Shown: one piece after another, positions 1 to 12,225 of the stretch
Layout: every line of letters begins with the position of its first letter
Position numbering within the stretch: position 1 is the stretch's first letter
NCBI RefSeq assembly: GCF_013167455.1
Contig: NZ_CP038328.1
Strand: one strand, 5' to 3'
DNA length: 64,000 nucleotides
Source of the DNA: Escherichia coli O157:H7
Lineage (GTDB): Bacteria > Pseudomonadota > Gammaproteobacteria > Enterobacterales > Enterobacteriaceae
Translations under genes and position numbers: made by a program
Notes under the pieces: model-generated
Databases searched by the model: none
The model's input: the letters and a program-made list of their open reading frames with translations, nothing else
What the model was told of the DNA's origin: nothing

Positions 1-1545
1 CGAACCAGAGATCCAGGTCAGCACTTGCGCCATTCGCGGGTCACCACTCGCCTGCAACATCATTAAAAGCATGGTGAATGCGGTACTTAACGCCATCCCC
101 GCCAGTAACATGCGGTGTGGGGAAAATCCACCGCGCCCGGCGGCGATCATAATAATCAACAGCGTCACCGCCGCACCGATACTTCCCGCGGGTAACAGCC
201 AGCCAAAAGCATTACCCGGTACCAGAAACAGCATCAGTACCACGCCAAACGCCGCGCCAGAGCTAATCCCCAGCACTTCCGGGCTTGCCATCGGATTTCC
301 GGTCAGCCGCTGAATAATACAGCCCGCCACCGCCAGCATGACGCCCGCAAACAGCGCCGCCATAATTCGCGGCCAGCGCCAGGGCATCAAATCCTCGAGC
401 AACGCCCCGCTCGCCCACGTCCAGCCGTGCGCATCACGACCAAACGACAGCGCCACCACCACAGCCATCAACAGCAGCACGCCGCCCGCGAGGGCAAACG
501 CCAGCACATGTTGGCGTTCAGCCGCGACACGATCGTTGACCTTCATATCCGGCGCGCTAATGCTGCGTAAACGCGGCAACAGCCACAGTAGCAGCGGCGC
601 ACCGATCAACGCAGTGACCGAACCGGTGGACACTTCCATCCACACGCGAGTCAGCCAGAGGATGATTTGATCGGAAAGCCAGAGGATCAGCGCACCAATC
701 AACGACGCCAGCATCAGTCGCGGCAGCAGACGCCGCGCCCCCAGCATTTTTGCCAGCAACGGCGCGAACAACCCGATAAAGCCGATAATCCCCACCGCGT
801 TCACCAGCAGCGCACTGATGACAATAGCCAGCGACAGCGCCGCCAGACGCGCCAGCGACAAGGCTAGCCCGAGATTGCGCGCCACGCCATCATCAAGCCC
901 CATCAGTGTTAACGGACGAAGTAGCAGCAACGTCAGCATCACACCGCCCAGCAACTGCGGCCATAAACGCTCAACACCGCCCCAGTCGGTTTGCGTCAGC
1001 GTTCCGGTGCTCCACAGGAACATGCTTTGCAGTTGGTCATGGTGGAAGATAACCAGTAACTGATTGATTGCCCCACAATAAAGGCTCACTACCAGCCCCG
1101 CGAGGATCAGCGTTACCGGCGAAAGCCGTTTCCCCCACGCGACGCCAAAGACGATTAAGCCAACAACGCAAGCGCCCGCCAGCGCAGCAAACTGACTCGC
1201 CATCGCCCCTGGGATCGCCCAGAGCGTAGTGACGGTAATCCCCAGTTGCGCGCCTGTAGCAACGCCAAGTGTCGTCGGTTCCGCCAGCGGATTACGCAGC
1301 ACTTGCTGAAACAGCACGCCCACCAGCCCCAGGCCTGCGCCCACCAGCAGCGAAATCGCCAGACGCGGCAGCAAGCTGTAGTGAAAAATCATCTGCTCGA
1401 TGACGTCAATATCCGGCGACCAGGCAGCCTGCGCCCACTGGCTACGCGGCAGCGCCTGCGAGAAGTTCATCCAGGTCAGCGCCGTAGCGGCAATCACCAG
1501 CAACGCCAGCAATAATGCCGGGAAAAGCGCAATACGTTTACTCAC
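1..1545 (-). CDS. fhuB: Ferric hydroxamate ABC transporter permease FhuB, 5' ~515 codons only; 3' end lies beyond the window start
   Basis: Reverse-complement translation from a GTG at 1545 (overlapping the fhuD stop, GTGA) reads VSKRIALFP; at the window edge it reads MLQASGDPRMAQVLTWISGS. No stop before position 1. Not in the ORF track because it is open-ended. Confidence 0.85.
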   Translation of the reverse strand, partial: MSKRIALFPALLLALLVIAATALTWMNFSQALPRSQWAQAAWSPDIDVIEQMIFHYSLLPRLAISLLVGAGLGLVGVLFQQVLRNPLAEPTTLGVATGAQLGITVTTLWAIPGAMASQFAALAGACVVGLIVFGVAWGKRLSPVTLILAGLVVSLYCGAINQLLVIFHHDQLQSMFLWSTGTLTQTDWGGVERLWPQLLGGVMLTLLLLRPLTLMGLDDGVARNLGLALSLARLAALSLAIVISALLVNAVGIIGFIGLFAPLLAKMLGARRLLPRLMLASLIGALILWLSDQIILWLTRVWMEVSTGSVTALIGAPLLLWLLPRLRSISAPDMKVNDRVAAERQHVLAFALAGGVLLLMAVVVALSFGRDAHGWTWASGALLEDLMPWRWPRIMAALFAGVMLAVAGCIIQRLTGNPMASPEVLGISSGAAFGVVLMLFLVPGNAFGWLLPAGSIGAAVTLLIIMIAAGRGGFSPHRMLLAGMALSTAFTMLLMMLQASGDPRMAQVLTWISGS

Positions 1546-2435
1546 GCTTTACCTCCAATGGCGTTATCCAGAACGCGCACAAAGTGCATTGCCGAGAGAG
1601 TTGCACCATAAAACCAGACTGCGGGTACGCGCTGAAAGCGTCCGGCGCGGACAAACGGCATGGCCTGCCACAGCGGCGTTGCCATTAGCGCATCCATGTC
1701 TTTGCTGTTGTCGTGATCAAAACAGAGCACATCAACGTCTTTATACGCTGCCAGACGATCGATGCTGACGGCGGTACTGCCCCAGAAGTTGGTTTCCCCT
1801 TGCCAGGCATTTGGGATGCCGTACTCATCAAGAATTTCCTGGAACAAGCTGTTTGGACCGAAGACCAGCATATGGCGCGGATCGATAAGCGTCGTCAGCA
1901 ATAACGGACGCGCACCACGCTTCACAAAGCGGGGGTTCATGCTGCGGATAAAGTCTTCATATTGCGCTAAATGCGTTTCTGCTGCGCTTTGCAGGTTAAG
2001 TAAATCCGCCATTTCCGTCAGCGATTTACGCGCCATCGCCAGCGGCTGTTTGCCGTCGCTGAAGTTAAATCCACGCCCCGGCGCAATACGAGCCAGCATT
2101 TCTGGCGAAGGACCATATCCCGCCGACCAGACCATAAACGACGGTTTCATTTCGGTCAGCAGTTCGAGGTTAGGTTCTGTACGCAAACCGACGTCAATCA
2201 CCGATTCAGGTAGTGGTGGTTCGCTGACCCACAGTCGATAGTTGATGGTGTCTGCCACGCCATAAGGCACGATGCCGAGCGCCAGTAGTAATTCCACCGG
2301 CAGCCACTCCAGCGCCACAATACGATTTGGGTCAATAGCCGCCGCGTGGGCGGTATTCATCTGCCATAACAACGGAGAAAGCGCCATCGCCGTTAACAGT
2401 CGACGGCGCGAAATAAGAGGTAAGCCGCTCATCAA
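1542..2435 (-). CDS. fhuD: Periplasmic ferric hydroxamate binding protein FhuD
   Basis: 297 aa ORF; sequence and fhuACDB context match FhuD; overlaps fhuC stop and fhuB start. Confidence 0.93.
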   Translation of the reverse strand: MMSGLPLISRRRLLTAMALSPLLWQMNTAHAAAIDPNRIVALEWLPVELLLALGIVPYGVADTINYRLWVSEPPLPESVIDVGLRTEPNLELLTEMKPSFMVWSAGYGPSPEMLARIAPGRGFNFSDGKQPLAMARKSLTEMADLLNLQSAAETHLAQYEDFIRSMNPRFVKRGARPLLLTTLIDPRHMLVFGPNSLFQEILDEYGIPNAWQGETNFWGSTAVSIDRLAAYKDVDVLCFDHDNSKDMDALMATPLWQAMPFVRAGRFQRVPAVWFYGATLSAMHFVRVLDNAIGGKA

Positions 2436-3229
2436 TAAACAAAACTCACAGGTGCAGCACCCGCCGGATGCGGCAGAATACCCATCGGGATGCCATAAAT
2501 CATTTCGAGGGTTTCGCCGCGCATAATTTCCGCAGGCGTTCCCTGAGCAATCATTTCACCGCCGCGCAGGGCGACCAGATAATCACAGTAACGCGCAGCC
2601 ATATTGATATCGTGCAGCACGGCAATGACCGTCAGGCCACGCTCCTGACTTAAACGGTGCACCAGCGCCAGCACATCAACCTGGTGGGCGATATCCAACG
2701 CCGAAGTCGGTTCGTCGAGCAACAGACAACGGCTATCCTGCGCCACCAGCATGGCGATCCACGCCCGCTGACGTTCGCCGCCAGAGAGGCTGTCTACCAG
2801 CCGATGCGCCAGCGGTTTTAAGCCAACCAGCGAGATAGCTTCCTCAACTTTTTCGCGATCTGCCGCACCAAAGCGCCCTAGTGCGCCATGCCACGGGTAA
2901 CGACCAATCGCCACCAGTTCACGCACGGTCATCCCTTCTGCCGGAGGAAGCTGCTGCGGCAAATAAGCCACTTTGCGGGCGAACGCTTTGCTGCTCCAGC
3001 TTTCCAGCGGCTGGGCATCAAGAAGAATCTCCCCTTCCGACGGCGGCTGATGACGGCCAAGCATTTTGAGCAGAGTGGATTTACCAGAACCGTTGTGACC
3101 AATCAGACCGGTCACTTTCCCGGCAGGAAAGGTTAACGACAGCGGATGCAAAAGCGTGCGCCCGGGCACACGAAAGGAGATATTACGCAGTGCAAAAGTG
3201 GTATCGGAATGATTCGTGTATTCCTGCAT
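2432..3229 (-). CDS. fhuC: Ferric hydroxamate ABC transporter ATP-binding protein FhuC
   Basis: ORF 2432..3271 contains Walker A GHNGSGKST; start trimmed 14 codons to MQEYTNHSDTTFALRN, the FhuC N-terminus as I recall it (265 aa). Confidence 0.9.
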   Translation of the reverse strand: MQEYTNHSDTTFALRNISFRVPGRTLLHPLSLTFPAGKVTGLIGHNGSGKSTLLKMLGRHQPPSEGEILLDAQPLESWSSKAFARKVAYLPQQLPPAEGMTVRELVAIGRYPWHGALGRFGAADREKVEEAISLVGLKPLAHRLVDSLSGGERQRAWIAMLVAQDSRCLLLDEPTSALDIAHQVDVLALVHRLSQERGLTVIAVLHDINMAARYCDYLVALRGGEMIAQGTPAEIMRGETLEMIYGIPMGILPHPAGAAPVSFVY

Positions 3230-3279
3230 AACAGCCAACTTGTGAAACAGGCACGGAAATCCGTGCCCCAAAAGAGAAA

Positions 3280-5523
3280 TTAGAAACGGAAGGTTGCGGT
3301 TGCAACGACCTGACGTTCTGCGCCCCAGAAGCAGCCATAAGTGTTAAAGCAGCTGGCGACGTATTCACGATCGAACAGGTTGTTAACATGCAGCGCCACG
3401 TTGGAGCCCGCCATGCCGACTCGCGCCAGATCATAACGCACTAACGCATCCACGACCGTATAACTTCCCACTTTAAAGGAGTTAGCCGGATCACCATAGC
3501 TGGAGCCAGTATAACGACCACCGGTGCCCAGCGTCAGACCTGAAAGCGGACCGTCAAAGAAGGTATAGTCAGCCCACAGCGAAGCCATGTGTTTTGGCAC
3601 CTGTGCAGGCGTATTGCCTTTATAGGTAGTATCGGTGGTGTATTCCGCATCGGTGTAAGTATAAGAACCGACTACGTTAACACTCGCCGACAGCGCCGCT
3701 TTCGCTTCGATTTCTACGCCACGTGCGCGGATCTCGCCACCTTCAACCGAGAAGAAGGAACCCTCAGGGTCCGCCATCAGGTTGTTGGTTTTAGTGAGAT
3801 TATACACGGCACCAGTAACTACAATCGGACGATCTTCCGGTACATATTTCACGCCGACTTCATACTGCTTACCTTTAGACGGTGCGAAAATATTACCATC
3901 CTTCCCAACTTGCGAAGAAGGTTCAAACGATTCGCTATAGCTAAAGTAAGGTGTTACGCCATTATCAAACAGGTAGTTAACACCACCACGCCAGGTAAAC
4001 TGTTTGTCATCACGTTTATCGGTCGTCCCGGCAACGCGGTTAAGAGATTCTTGATCTGCCCAGTCATAACGACCGCCCAGGGTGACCAGCACTTTATCCC
4101 ACTGCGCCTGATCCTGAACATAAACGCCCGTTTGTTTCTGCTTATTCAGAATGCGGTAAGGGCCGGAGTTTGCCGGATCTTTGGCATTGAAGTCGAAATC
4201 GGTATTCACCGGATTGTACAGATCGAGCAGCGGTACGGAGTCGTCGTAACCAAACCAGGCGTTGATGTCATTACGCATACGCATAAAGTCGACACCGGTC
4301 AGCAGGGTGTGGTCGATATCGCCAGTGGCAAACTTGCTCTGCAACTGGGTATCAACGGAGAAGTTTTGCAGCTTCTCATCATCAACGACGTATTTACGTG
4401 CCAGATAATGGCCTTTATCCGCTGGCGCTAATGCCGCACACTGTTTGCTGTAAGCATTCGCCGGATCGGAGCAGACGCCGTAACCATAAACGCTGTTTTG
4501 CGAGGTTTTGTTTTCAGCAAAGCGCAGGTTCTGACGCACAGTAAAGGTGTCGTTAAATTCGTGATCGAAGCTGTAGCCCACCATCTTCTCATTACGAGAA
4601 TAGGTGTTGTTCTTCGCCCCTTCGTTAAAGTCTGTCGGCAGACGCTTACCGTTCGGCAGCGGCTCAACGGTTCCCTCTTTCGGCAACCAGCCGTAATAAC
4701 CGGTTTCCGGCTCGTTCTGGAAGTAAGAAAGGAAGGTGAAATTGGTTTTATCATCCGGACGCCAGGTGAACGCCGGTGCAATAGCATAACGCTGCTCTTC
4801 TGACCCTTTCTGCTGGGCATTGGCAGAACGCGCAAGACCGGTCAGGCGATAAGAGTAAACGCCGTCATCATCCAGCGCATCGCTAAAGTCAAAACCAGTC
4901 TGGAACAGGCTGTCAGTACCGGCTTTAAACTGAACTTCTTTCAGCGGTTCGGTGGTCGGACGCTTGCTGACCATATTCAACAGGCCGCCAGGACTGCTTT
5001 TACCGTAAAGCACGGAAACCGGGCCACGCATAATTTCAGCGCGTTCCAGCATATACGGATCAATGACCGCATCGTTATAGAAGTTGCCCTGCAACTTCAG
5101 GCCATTCAGATAGTTATTCTGGCTTTGGCCTTCTGCCGCAAAACCGCGAATGATCAGGTGGTCATAGGTGTTGGATGCGCCACGCGTACCAACAGAGACA
5201 CCCGGCGTGTAGCTAAGCGCTTCTTTTACCGACTTCGGCTGATGCAGCGCCATCTCTTCGGCGGTCACAACAGAAATAGACTGTGGCACTTTTTGAATCG
5301 GCGTATCGGTTTTAGTGCCGGTAGCTGACTGTCGCGCCGCAATAGTTGCAGCAGGCCCCCATGCGCTTTCTTGCGGCGCAGGTGCAGCGGTAACGGTGAT
5401 AGTGTCTTCTTTCGGTTCAACCGCTGCCTGTGCATAAACAGACATGCCGCTAACCGCTGTGGCTACTACAACTGCGATTTTACGCAGTGAGTGTTTTGGC
5501 TGAGCAGTTTTGGAACGCGCCAT
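3280..5523 (-). CDS. fhuA: TonB-dependent ferrichrome outer membrane receptor FhuA
   Basis: 747 aa ORF with signal peptide, TonB-box region and C-terminal ATFRF barrel terminus. Confidence 0.95.
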   Translation of the reverse strand: MARSKTAQPKHSLRKIAVVVATAVSGMSVYAQAAVEPKEDTITVTAAPAPQESAWGPAATIAARQSATGTKTDTPIQKVPQSISVVTAEEMALHQPKSVKEALSYTPGVSVGTRGASNTYDHLIIRGFAAEGQSQNNYLNGLKLQGNFYNDAVIDPYMLERAEIMRGPVSVLYGKSSPGGLLNMVSKRPTTEPLKEVQFKAGTDSLFQTGFDFSDALDDDGVYSYRLTGLARSANAQQKGSEEQRYAIAPAFTWRPDDKTNFTFLSYFQNEPETGYYGWLPKEGTVEPLPNGKRLPTDFNEGAKNNTYSRNEKMVGYSFDHEFNDTFTVRQNLRFAENKTSQNSVYGYGVCSDPANAYSKQCAALAPADKGHYLARKYVVDDEKLQNFSVDTQLQSKFATGDIDHTLLTGVDFMRMRNDINAWFGYDDSVPLLDLYNPVNTDFDFNAKDPANSGPYRILNKQKQTGVYVQDQAQWDKVLVTLGGRYDWADQESLNRVAGTTDKRDDKQFTWRGGVNYLFDNGVTPYFSYSESFEPSSQVGKDGNIFAPSKGKQYEVGVKYVPEDRPIVVTGAVYNLTKTNNLMADPEGSFFSVEGGEIRARGVEIEAKAALSASVNVVGSYTYTDAEYTTDTTYKGNTPAQVPKHMASLWADYTFFDGPLSGLTLGTGGRYTGSSYGDPANSFKVGSYTVVDALVRYDLARVGMAGSNVALHVNNLFDREYVASCFNTYGCFWGAERQVVATATFRF

Positions 5524-5547
5524 TGGTATATCTCTGATGTAAAGTGA

Positions 5548-5600
5548 ATGATAACGTAAACGAGAATGATTATTATAAAGATAAGATAATATTCGAAACT
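5548..5600. promoter_or_regulatory. Candidate Fur box(es) in the fhuA promoter region
   Basis: AT-rich GATAAT/ATCATT-like hexamer repeats (gataacgtaaacgagaatgattattataaagataagataatattc) directly upstream of fhuA, which is iron-regulated. Confidence 0.45.
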
Positions 5601-5742
5601 CTGGCGGGTTCGCAAGCGGTACGCAATCTGAGCGTTCCTGAAGGGTTAATAAACAACCAGATGAAAAGAAAGGGTTAATACTTTGGGTGGGATGTTATTT
5701 TACCGGATGGCAACTCGCCATCCGGTATTTCACGCTTAGATG

Positions 5743-8277
5743 TTAATTACTACCAAACATATCCTTAATCCAACCGGCTACACCGTCGCTGTCTTTCTGC
5801 TCTTGCTGAGCAGGTTGCTGTTGCGGCTGTTGCTGCGGCTGAGAAGACTGATCAAACGGATTGCCTGACGGCTGCTGCTGCATCTCACTCTGCTGGCACA
5901 GCGATTGCGGATCGCTGGTCCAGACCGGCAAGACACGCATGCCACCGCTGCAAACAAAGTTGCCGTCGTAGTCCACGCCCATATCTGCAATATCTTCTGG
6001 CGGAACAAGATTCAGCGGCGTTGGCGTCTGGTTAGCCAGATAACGCTGATAAATCGACATTGCCCCGCTGGCTCCATACAGTTTGGTCGGCTGGTTGTTA
6101 TCACGGCCGACCCAGGTGATGGTCACCGTGCTGCCGTCAATGCCCGCAAACCAGGTATCTACGTTATTGTTGGTAGTCCCTGTTTTCCCTGCCAGATGCA
6201 GGTTCGGGTATTTCGCCCCAAGCTGACGACCCGTACCGCGTTGTACCACCTGCTGCATGGTCCATAGTGTCAGATACGCCGCCTGCGCCGGAACAGCGCG
6301 TTCCGCCTGCGGGAAGCTCTGATACAGCACTTTGCCATCTTCCGCGATTACCGAACGCAGCGCAGAAAGCGGTGCACGGTTACCACCGCTGGCGATGGTC
6401 TGGAATGCCTGCGCCACTTCGATTGGCGTTAAGTTCAACGCCCCCAGCAGCATTGCCGGAACCGGATGCAACTGATCTTTCGGTACGCCCAGTTTAATCC
6501 AGGTATCCGTAACCGCAGGCAGCCCCAGCGCCATCCCCAGATTTACCGTCGGCACGTTCATCGAACGGGTCAACGCATCCACCAGCATCACTCTGCCGCT
6601 TTCGCTATAACGACGGTCATCATTCTGCGGTGACCAGACCTGGCCATTCGGCTGACGCAGCGCAATTGGCGCATCCGCAATCCACGTATTCAGACGATAG
6701 ATTTTCGGCTGGCTTAAGGCCGTCAGATAAGTCGCTGGTTTTGCAAGGGAACCAATCGAACGACGCGCCTGCATCGCACGGTTGTAGCCCGCAAACTGCG
6801 GCTCAGAACCTCCGACCATCGCACGAACTTCACCACTAAAGCGGTCGACGACCACAATCGCAGTTTCAAGATCGCTCAACTTACGCTGTTTCTTCAGTGC
6901 CGGAATACCTTCCACGGCGGCTTTTTCTGCCGCGTCCTGGGCCACCGAGTCAAAGGTAGTGAAGATCTTCACGCCGGAGAGATCTTTTACCTTATCGCCT
7001 AATTTAGCCTGAAGCTCCTGACGCACCAGTTGCATAAAGGCTGGCTGAGGAGAGATCACCCCACCGCGCGGCTGAACCCCCAGCGGACGCGCACTCAACA
7101 TGTCATAGAGTTCTTGATCAATAATCTGTTGCTGTTGCAGCAGACGCAGTACCAGATTACGTCGCTCCAGCGCCAGTTTCGGGTTACGCCACGGGTTGTA
7201 GATGGACGCTCCTTTCACCATACCGACTAACAGCGCCTGCTGATCGAGGCTCAATTCTTCTACCGGGCGACCAAAGTAATACAAGCTCGCCAGCGGGAAG
7301 CCGCGGATTTCGTTGTCGCCGCTCTGACCGAGATACACCTCGTTCATATACAGCTCAAGAATACGGTCTTTGCTGTAACGCGCGTCCATGATCAGCGCCA
7401 TGTAGGCTTCATTCGCTTTACGCCAATAAGAGCGCTCGCTGGAGAGGAACAGGTTTTTCACCAGCTGTTGCGTCAGCGTACTCGCCCCCTGCACCGTGCG
7501 ACCTGCGGTCAGGTTTGCCAGCACCGCACGTCCGATGGAGTAGAGACTGATTCCATCATGCTCGTAGAAATGGCGGTCTTCTGTCGCCAGCAAAGTATCC
7601 ACCAGCAAATCCGGGAAACCACTGCGCGGCACAAACAAACGCTGCTCACCGTTTGGTGAGGAGATCATGGTGATCAGACGCGGATCAAGACGGAAGAAAC
7701 CGAACTGACGGTTGTTCTCCATATTGACGATGGTCGCCAGATGATCGCCATCAAAGGTCAGACGCGCGCGCACCTGCCCTTCTTTACTGTCCGGGAAATC
7801 AAACGGACGGCGAATCATCTCAATGCTGTTGGCCTGCACGGTAAATTCGCCAGGACGGGTCATTTTCGACACCTGACGATACTGTGTTGCCTCCAGCAGC
7901 TTCACCATCTCGTTCTTGCTGATGGTCATGTCTGGCTCAAGGTTGACCATTCGACCATAAACTGCCGCAGGCAGTTGCCAGACCTTGCCATCAATACGGC
8001 TACGAATTTTTTGATCGAGATAAACGCCGTAAATGGCGATCAGCACGGCAAAAACGATAGCCAGTTTTAACAGCAGCCATAGCCAGCCGCGTTTGCCACG
8101 AGGCTTACGCCCTTTGCCTTTGCCCTTACCTTTGCGCGGCATCGGTTCTTCATCCTCATAGTCATCATAATCGTCGTAATCATCGTCATCTTCGTAACGA
8201 CGACGGCTTACCTTTTGTTTGACCGGACGCGTCGGTTTCCCTTTGCGTCCAATTGGCTCGCGGTCATTCCCGGCCAT
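5743..8277 (-). CDS. mrcB: Bifunctional class A penicillin-binding protein 1B (glycosyltransferase/transpeptidase)
   Basis: ORF 5743..8292 (849 aa); start trimmed 5 codons to [13 protein letters not shown] (844 aa). Acidic [15 protein letters not shown] tract, TM helix, C-terminal QQQPQQQ tail. Confidence 0.92.
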   Translation of the reverse strand: MAGNDREPIGRKGKPTRPVKQKVSRRRYEDDDDYDDYDDYEDEEPMPRKGKGKGKGRKPRGKRGWLWLLLKLAIVFAVLIAIYGVYLDQKIRSRIDGKVWQLPAAVYGRMVNLEPDMTISKNEMVKLLEATQYRQVSKMTRPGEFTVQANSIEMIRRPFDFPDSKEGQVRARLTFDGDHLATIVNMENNRQFGFFRLDPRLITMISSPNGEQRLFVPRSGFPDLLVDTLLATEDRHFYEHDGISLYSIGRAVLANLTAGRTVQGASTLTQQLVKNLFLSSERSYWRKANEAYMALIMDARYSKDRILELYMNEVYLGQSGDNEIRGFPLASLYYFGRPVEELSLDQQALLVGMVKGASIYNPWRNPKLALERRNLVLRLLQQQQIIDQELYDMLSARPLGVQPRGGVISPQPAFMQLVRQELQAKLGDKVKDLSGVKIFTTFDSVAQDAAEKAAVEGIPALKKQRKLSDLETAIVVVDRFSGEVRAMVGGSEPQFAGYNRAMQARRSIGSLAKPATYLTALSQPKIYRLNTWIADAPIALRQPNGQVWSPQNDDRRYSESGRVMLVDALTRSMNVPTVNLGMALGLPAVTDTWIKLGVPKDQLHPVPAMLLGALNLTPIEVAQAFQTIASGGNRAPLSALRSVIAEDGKVLYQSFPQAERAVPAQAAYLTLWTMQQVVQRGTGRQLGAKYPNLHLAGKTGTTNNNVDTWFAGIDGSTVTITWVGRDNNQPTKLYGASGAMSIYQRYLANQTPTPLNLVPPEDIADMGVDYDGNFVCSGGMRVLPVWTSDPQSLCQQSEMQQQPSGNPFDQSSQPQQQPQQQPAQQEQKDSDGVAGWIKDMFGSN

Positions 8278-8375
8278 GCTTTTTCTCCGCAATATTCAGG
8301 CGCAAAAGCCCGATTTTCTGTTCTTCTGTTACAAGACAGAAGAAGATATCTCTCAAAATTTGAGCTCGATCGGTC

Positions 8376-8461
8376 CCCTCTCCCTTAAGGGAGAGGGTTA
8401 GGGTGAGGGTGAACGTGCGCGCTGGTGCCCTCACCCCGGCCCTCTCCCACAGGGAGAGGGA
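8376..8461. repeat. Cluster of three GC-rich palindromic hairpins (boxC-like?) in the mrcB-hrpB intergenic region
   Basis: ccctctccc-ttaa-gggagaggg, then gggtgaggg...ccctcaccc, then ccctctccc-aca-gggagaggg. Family assignment is a guess. Confidence 0.5.
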
Positions 8462-8472
8462 GAAAACCAACC

Positions 8473-10902
8473 TTACGAATACTTTTTCGTCCGTCGCGTC
8501 GGTGCCGTGTTTGCCGGGTCGTCCGGCCAGACGTGTTTGGGATAACGCCCTTTCATCTCCTTTTGCACCTCACGATACGCCCCTTTCCAGAAGGCCCCCA
8601 AATCACGCGTGATTTGCAGCGGCCTTTGGGCGGGTGAAAGCAATTCCAGCACCAGCGGCACGCGCCCCTGGGCGATCGTCGGATTAGTGGCCTCACCAAA
8701 CATCTCCTGCATTCTCACCGCCAGCGCGGGCGGGTTATCTTCATGATAACGAATGGCGATCCGGCTTCCCGTCGGCACAGTGTAATGCGCAGGCAATTCA
8801 CTATCCAGACGTTGCTGCATTCCCCAATCAAGTAATCCGCGTAGTGCCTGATAAATGTCGAGTGATTTCAGGCCGCGTAGTGAATGTACACCGGCCATAT
8901 GTGGCAGCAGCCACGTTTCCAGCGTCGCCAACAAACTTTCATCATCAACCGCTGGCCAGTCATATTCTGGCAACCACTTTCCGGCGCATAACAAACGCAA
9001 GCGTAGCTGTTCCGCTTCCGCCGTCCAGTTGAGCACGCTTAAACCTTTATCACGGATGCCGTTAAGCATCGCCTGATGCAACTCGTCTTCTGACGGTTTC
9101 GCCAACGGCTGCACTTTCACCGTCAACTGACCGATTTGCAGCCGACGCCAGGCTTTCAGCGTACCTTGCGCGTCATCCCATTCCACGGTGTCAGATTGCT
9201 GCACCAGCTGCGGACAGCGTTGTACTAATTCATCAATATCGACCGGTAACGCCAGTAAAATCCGCGCATCCGGCGAGGCGCTGCCCTGCAATAATAACGG
9301 CGCGATCAACCATTCGTGGCGACTTAGCGCGTCGTCGGCATCAAGCATCGCCCCCATGCCGTTTGCCAGTTGATAGCGTCCATCTTGCCCACGGCGGCGA
9401 GCAATGCGATCGGCAAACGCCCCGGCAAGTAGCGGCGCGATAAGCGAACTGTCTGCCTCACCGCCGCGTACGTTTAAGCGTTTTAACAGTTGCTGACTAC
9501 GTTGCTGCCAGGCTGGTTGATTGCGCGAAAACGCCACGCCCAGGTCACTATTGCCCATCCGTGGCGGCTCTTCGAGAATGGCGGCAATTTTTGCCGCGGT
9601 AGCAGCTTCGTCGTCGCTCTTTGCGCTAACCAGCATTGCCGCTAAACGCGGATCGTTACCCAGCGCTGCCATTTTTTGCCCTTGCGCACTAAGCCGTTCA
9701 CCGTCCAGCGCCCCCAGCATTTGTAACAGACGTTTCGCGGCCAGTAGATTCACCGTTGGCGGTTGATCCAGCCAGCTCATCTGCGCCGGATCGCTGCATC
9801 CCCATTGCAGTAATTCCATCAGCAAACCGGAAAGATCGCTTTGTAAGATCTCCGGTTCACTTTGCGCGGTAGCGCGTTCTGCTTGTTCTTTGGCGATTAA
9901 ATGCAGGCAGATACCCGGCTCCAGACGCCCGGCGCGCCCGGCACGCTGCGTCATCGACGCCTGACTGATTCGCTGAGTAATCAACCGCGTAAGCCCTGTT
10001 CGCGGATCAAAACGCGCCACCCTTTCCTGGGCACAATCCACCACCAGACGAATACCTTCAATGGTTAAACTGGTTTCAGCAATATTGGTCGCCAGCACCA
10101 CTTTGCGCATCCCTTGCGGTGCCGGGAGGATCGCTTTTCGCTGATCGTTCAGCGACAACGCGCCATACAGCGGGCAGAGCAATACATCACTGCCGATGCG
10201 CGAAGCCAGTTGTTCCTGCACACGCTGAATTTCTCCGACGCCAGGTAAAAATAACAGTAATGATCCGCTTTCCTGACGCAGCATTTCAGCGGTGGCTACC
10301 GCAACGGCATCGTCAAAACGCTGATGCGTGGGCAGCGGTAAATAACGGCGTTCAACCGGAAACGAGCGCCCTTCTGAGATGACGACGGGCGCTTCTGGCA
10401 GCATTTGCTGCAAGCGGTCGTTGTCCAGCGTAGCCGACATAATCAGCAGTTTAAGGTCATCACGCAGACCTTGTTGCACATCGAGTAACAGCGCCAACGC
10501 CAAATCCGCCTGCAAGCTACGCTCATGAAATTCATCAAGGATCACCAATCCAACACCGCTCAGTTCCGGGTCACGCTGGATCATCCGCGTCAGCACGCCT
10601 TCGGTAACTACTTCCAGGCGGGTATTCGGCCCGACGCAGTTTTGCGCACGCATCCGGTAGCCAACGGTATCGCCTGGCTTTTCGTTAAGCAGCTCCGCCA
10701 GCCGTTGCGCGACGTTACGCGCCGCCAGACGCCGTGGCTCCAGGAGGATAATTTTCCCGTTAATGCCGGGATGCGCCAGCAGTTGCAGCGGCAGCCAGGT
10801 TGATTTCCCGGCCCCGGTCGGCGCACTTAATAATACCTGCGGCGCATAATCGAGAGCGGTAAGTAATTCAGGTAACACGGCAGCAACGGGCAACGACGAC
10901 AC
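8473..10902 (-). CDS. hrpB: ATP-dependent RNA helicase HrpB (DEAH-box)
   Basis: ORF 8473..10947 (824 aa); Walker A SAPTGAGKST near N-terminus. Start placed at the GTG 15 codons in (VSSLPVAAVLPE, 809 aa) from recollection of the K-12 protein; the upstream ATG at 10947 is the alternative. Confidence 0.85.
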   Translation of the reverse strand: MSSLPVAAVLPELLTALDYAPQVLLSAPTGAGKSTWLPLQLLAHPGINGKIILLEPRRLAARNVAQRLAELLNEKPGDTVGYRMRAQNCVGPNTRLEVVTEGVLTRMIQRDPELSGVGLVILDEFHERSLQADLALALLLDVQQGLRDDLKLLIMSATLDNDRLQQMLPEAPVVISEGRSFPVERRYLPLPTHQRFDDAVAVATAEMLRQESGSLLLFLPGVGEIQRVQEQLASRIGSDVLLCPLYGALSLNDQRKAILPAPQGMRKVVLATNIAETSLTIEGIRLVVDCAQERVARFDPRTGLTRLITQRISQASMTQRAGRAGRLEPGICLHLIAKEQAERATAQSEPEILQSDLSGLLMELLQWGCSDPAQMSWLDQPPTVNLLAAKRLLQMLGALDGERLSAQGQKMAALGNDPRLAAMLVSAKSDDEAATAAKIAAILEEPPRMGNSDLGVAFSRNQPAWQQRSQQLLKRLNVRGGEADSSLIAPLLAGAFADRIARRRGQDGRYQLANGMGAMLDADDALSRHEWLIAPLLLQGSASPDARILLALPVDIDELVQRCPQLVQQSDTVEWDDAQGTLKAWRRLQIGQLTVKVQPLAKPSEDELHQAMLNGIRDKGLSVLNWTAEAEQLRLRLLCAGKWLPEYDWPAVDDESLLATLETWLLPHMAGVHSLRGLKSLDIYQALRGLLDWGMQQRLDSELPAHYTVPTGSRIAIRYHEDNPPALAVRMQEMFGEATNPTIAQGRVPLVLELLSPAQRPLQITRDLGAFWKGAYREVQKEMKGRYPKHVWPDDPANTAPTRRTKKYS

Positions 10903-10975
10903 AAAACGCTCCAGAGGGTTAACATTCTTCGCGCCACATTGTAGCATCGCGGTAATTCATAACCGAGTGCCTCAC

Positions 10976-12225
<1,250 letters not shown>

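Noticed and set aside
2432..3271. Longest-ORF starts for fhuC, mrcB, hpt, cueO, acnB, lpdA, pdhR, ampE, nadC, gcd, yacC and yacL
   Set aside because: The upstream extensions lack signal-peptide or N-terminal conservation and run into neighbouring genes or promoters. Starts were trimmed to the conserved N-termini, and the longer forms are noted as alternatives in the feature evidence.
3589..4431. 280-aa plus-strand ORF antisense to fhuA
   Set aside because: Inside fhuA; no RBS or domain support.
8264..8470. 68-aa ORF in the mrcB-hrpB spacer
   Set aside because: It is the translation of the GC-rich palindromic repeat cluster (repetitive TLTLTLSLKGEG-type sequence), overlaps the mrcB start, and has no RBS.
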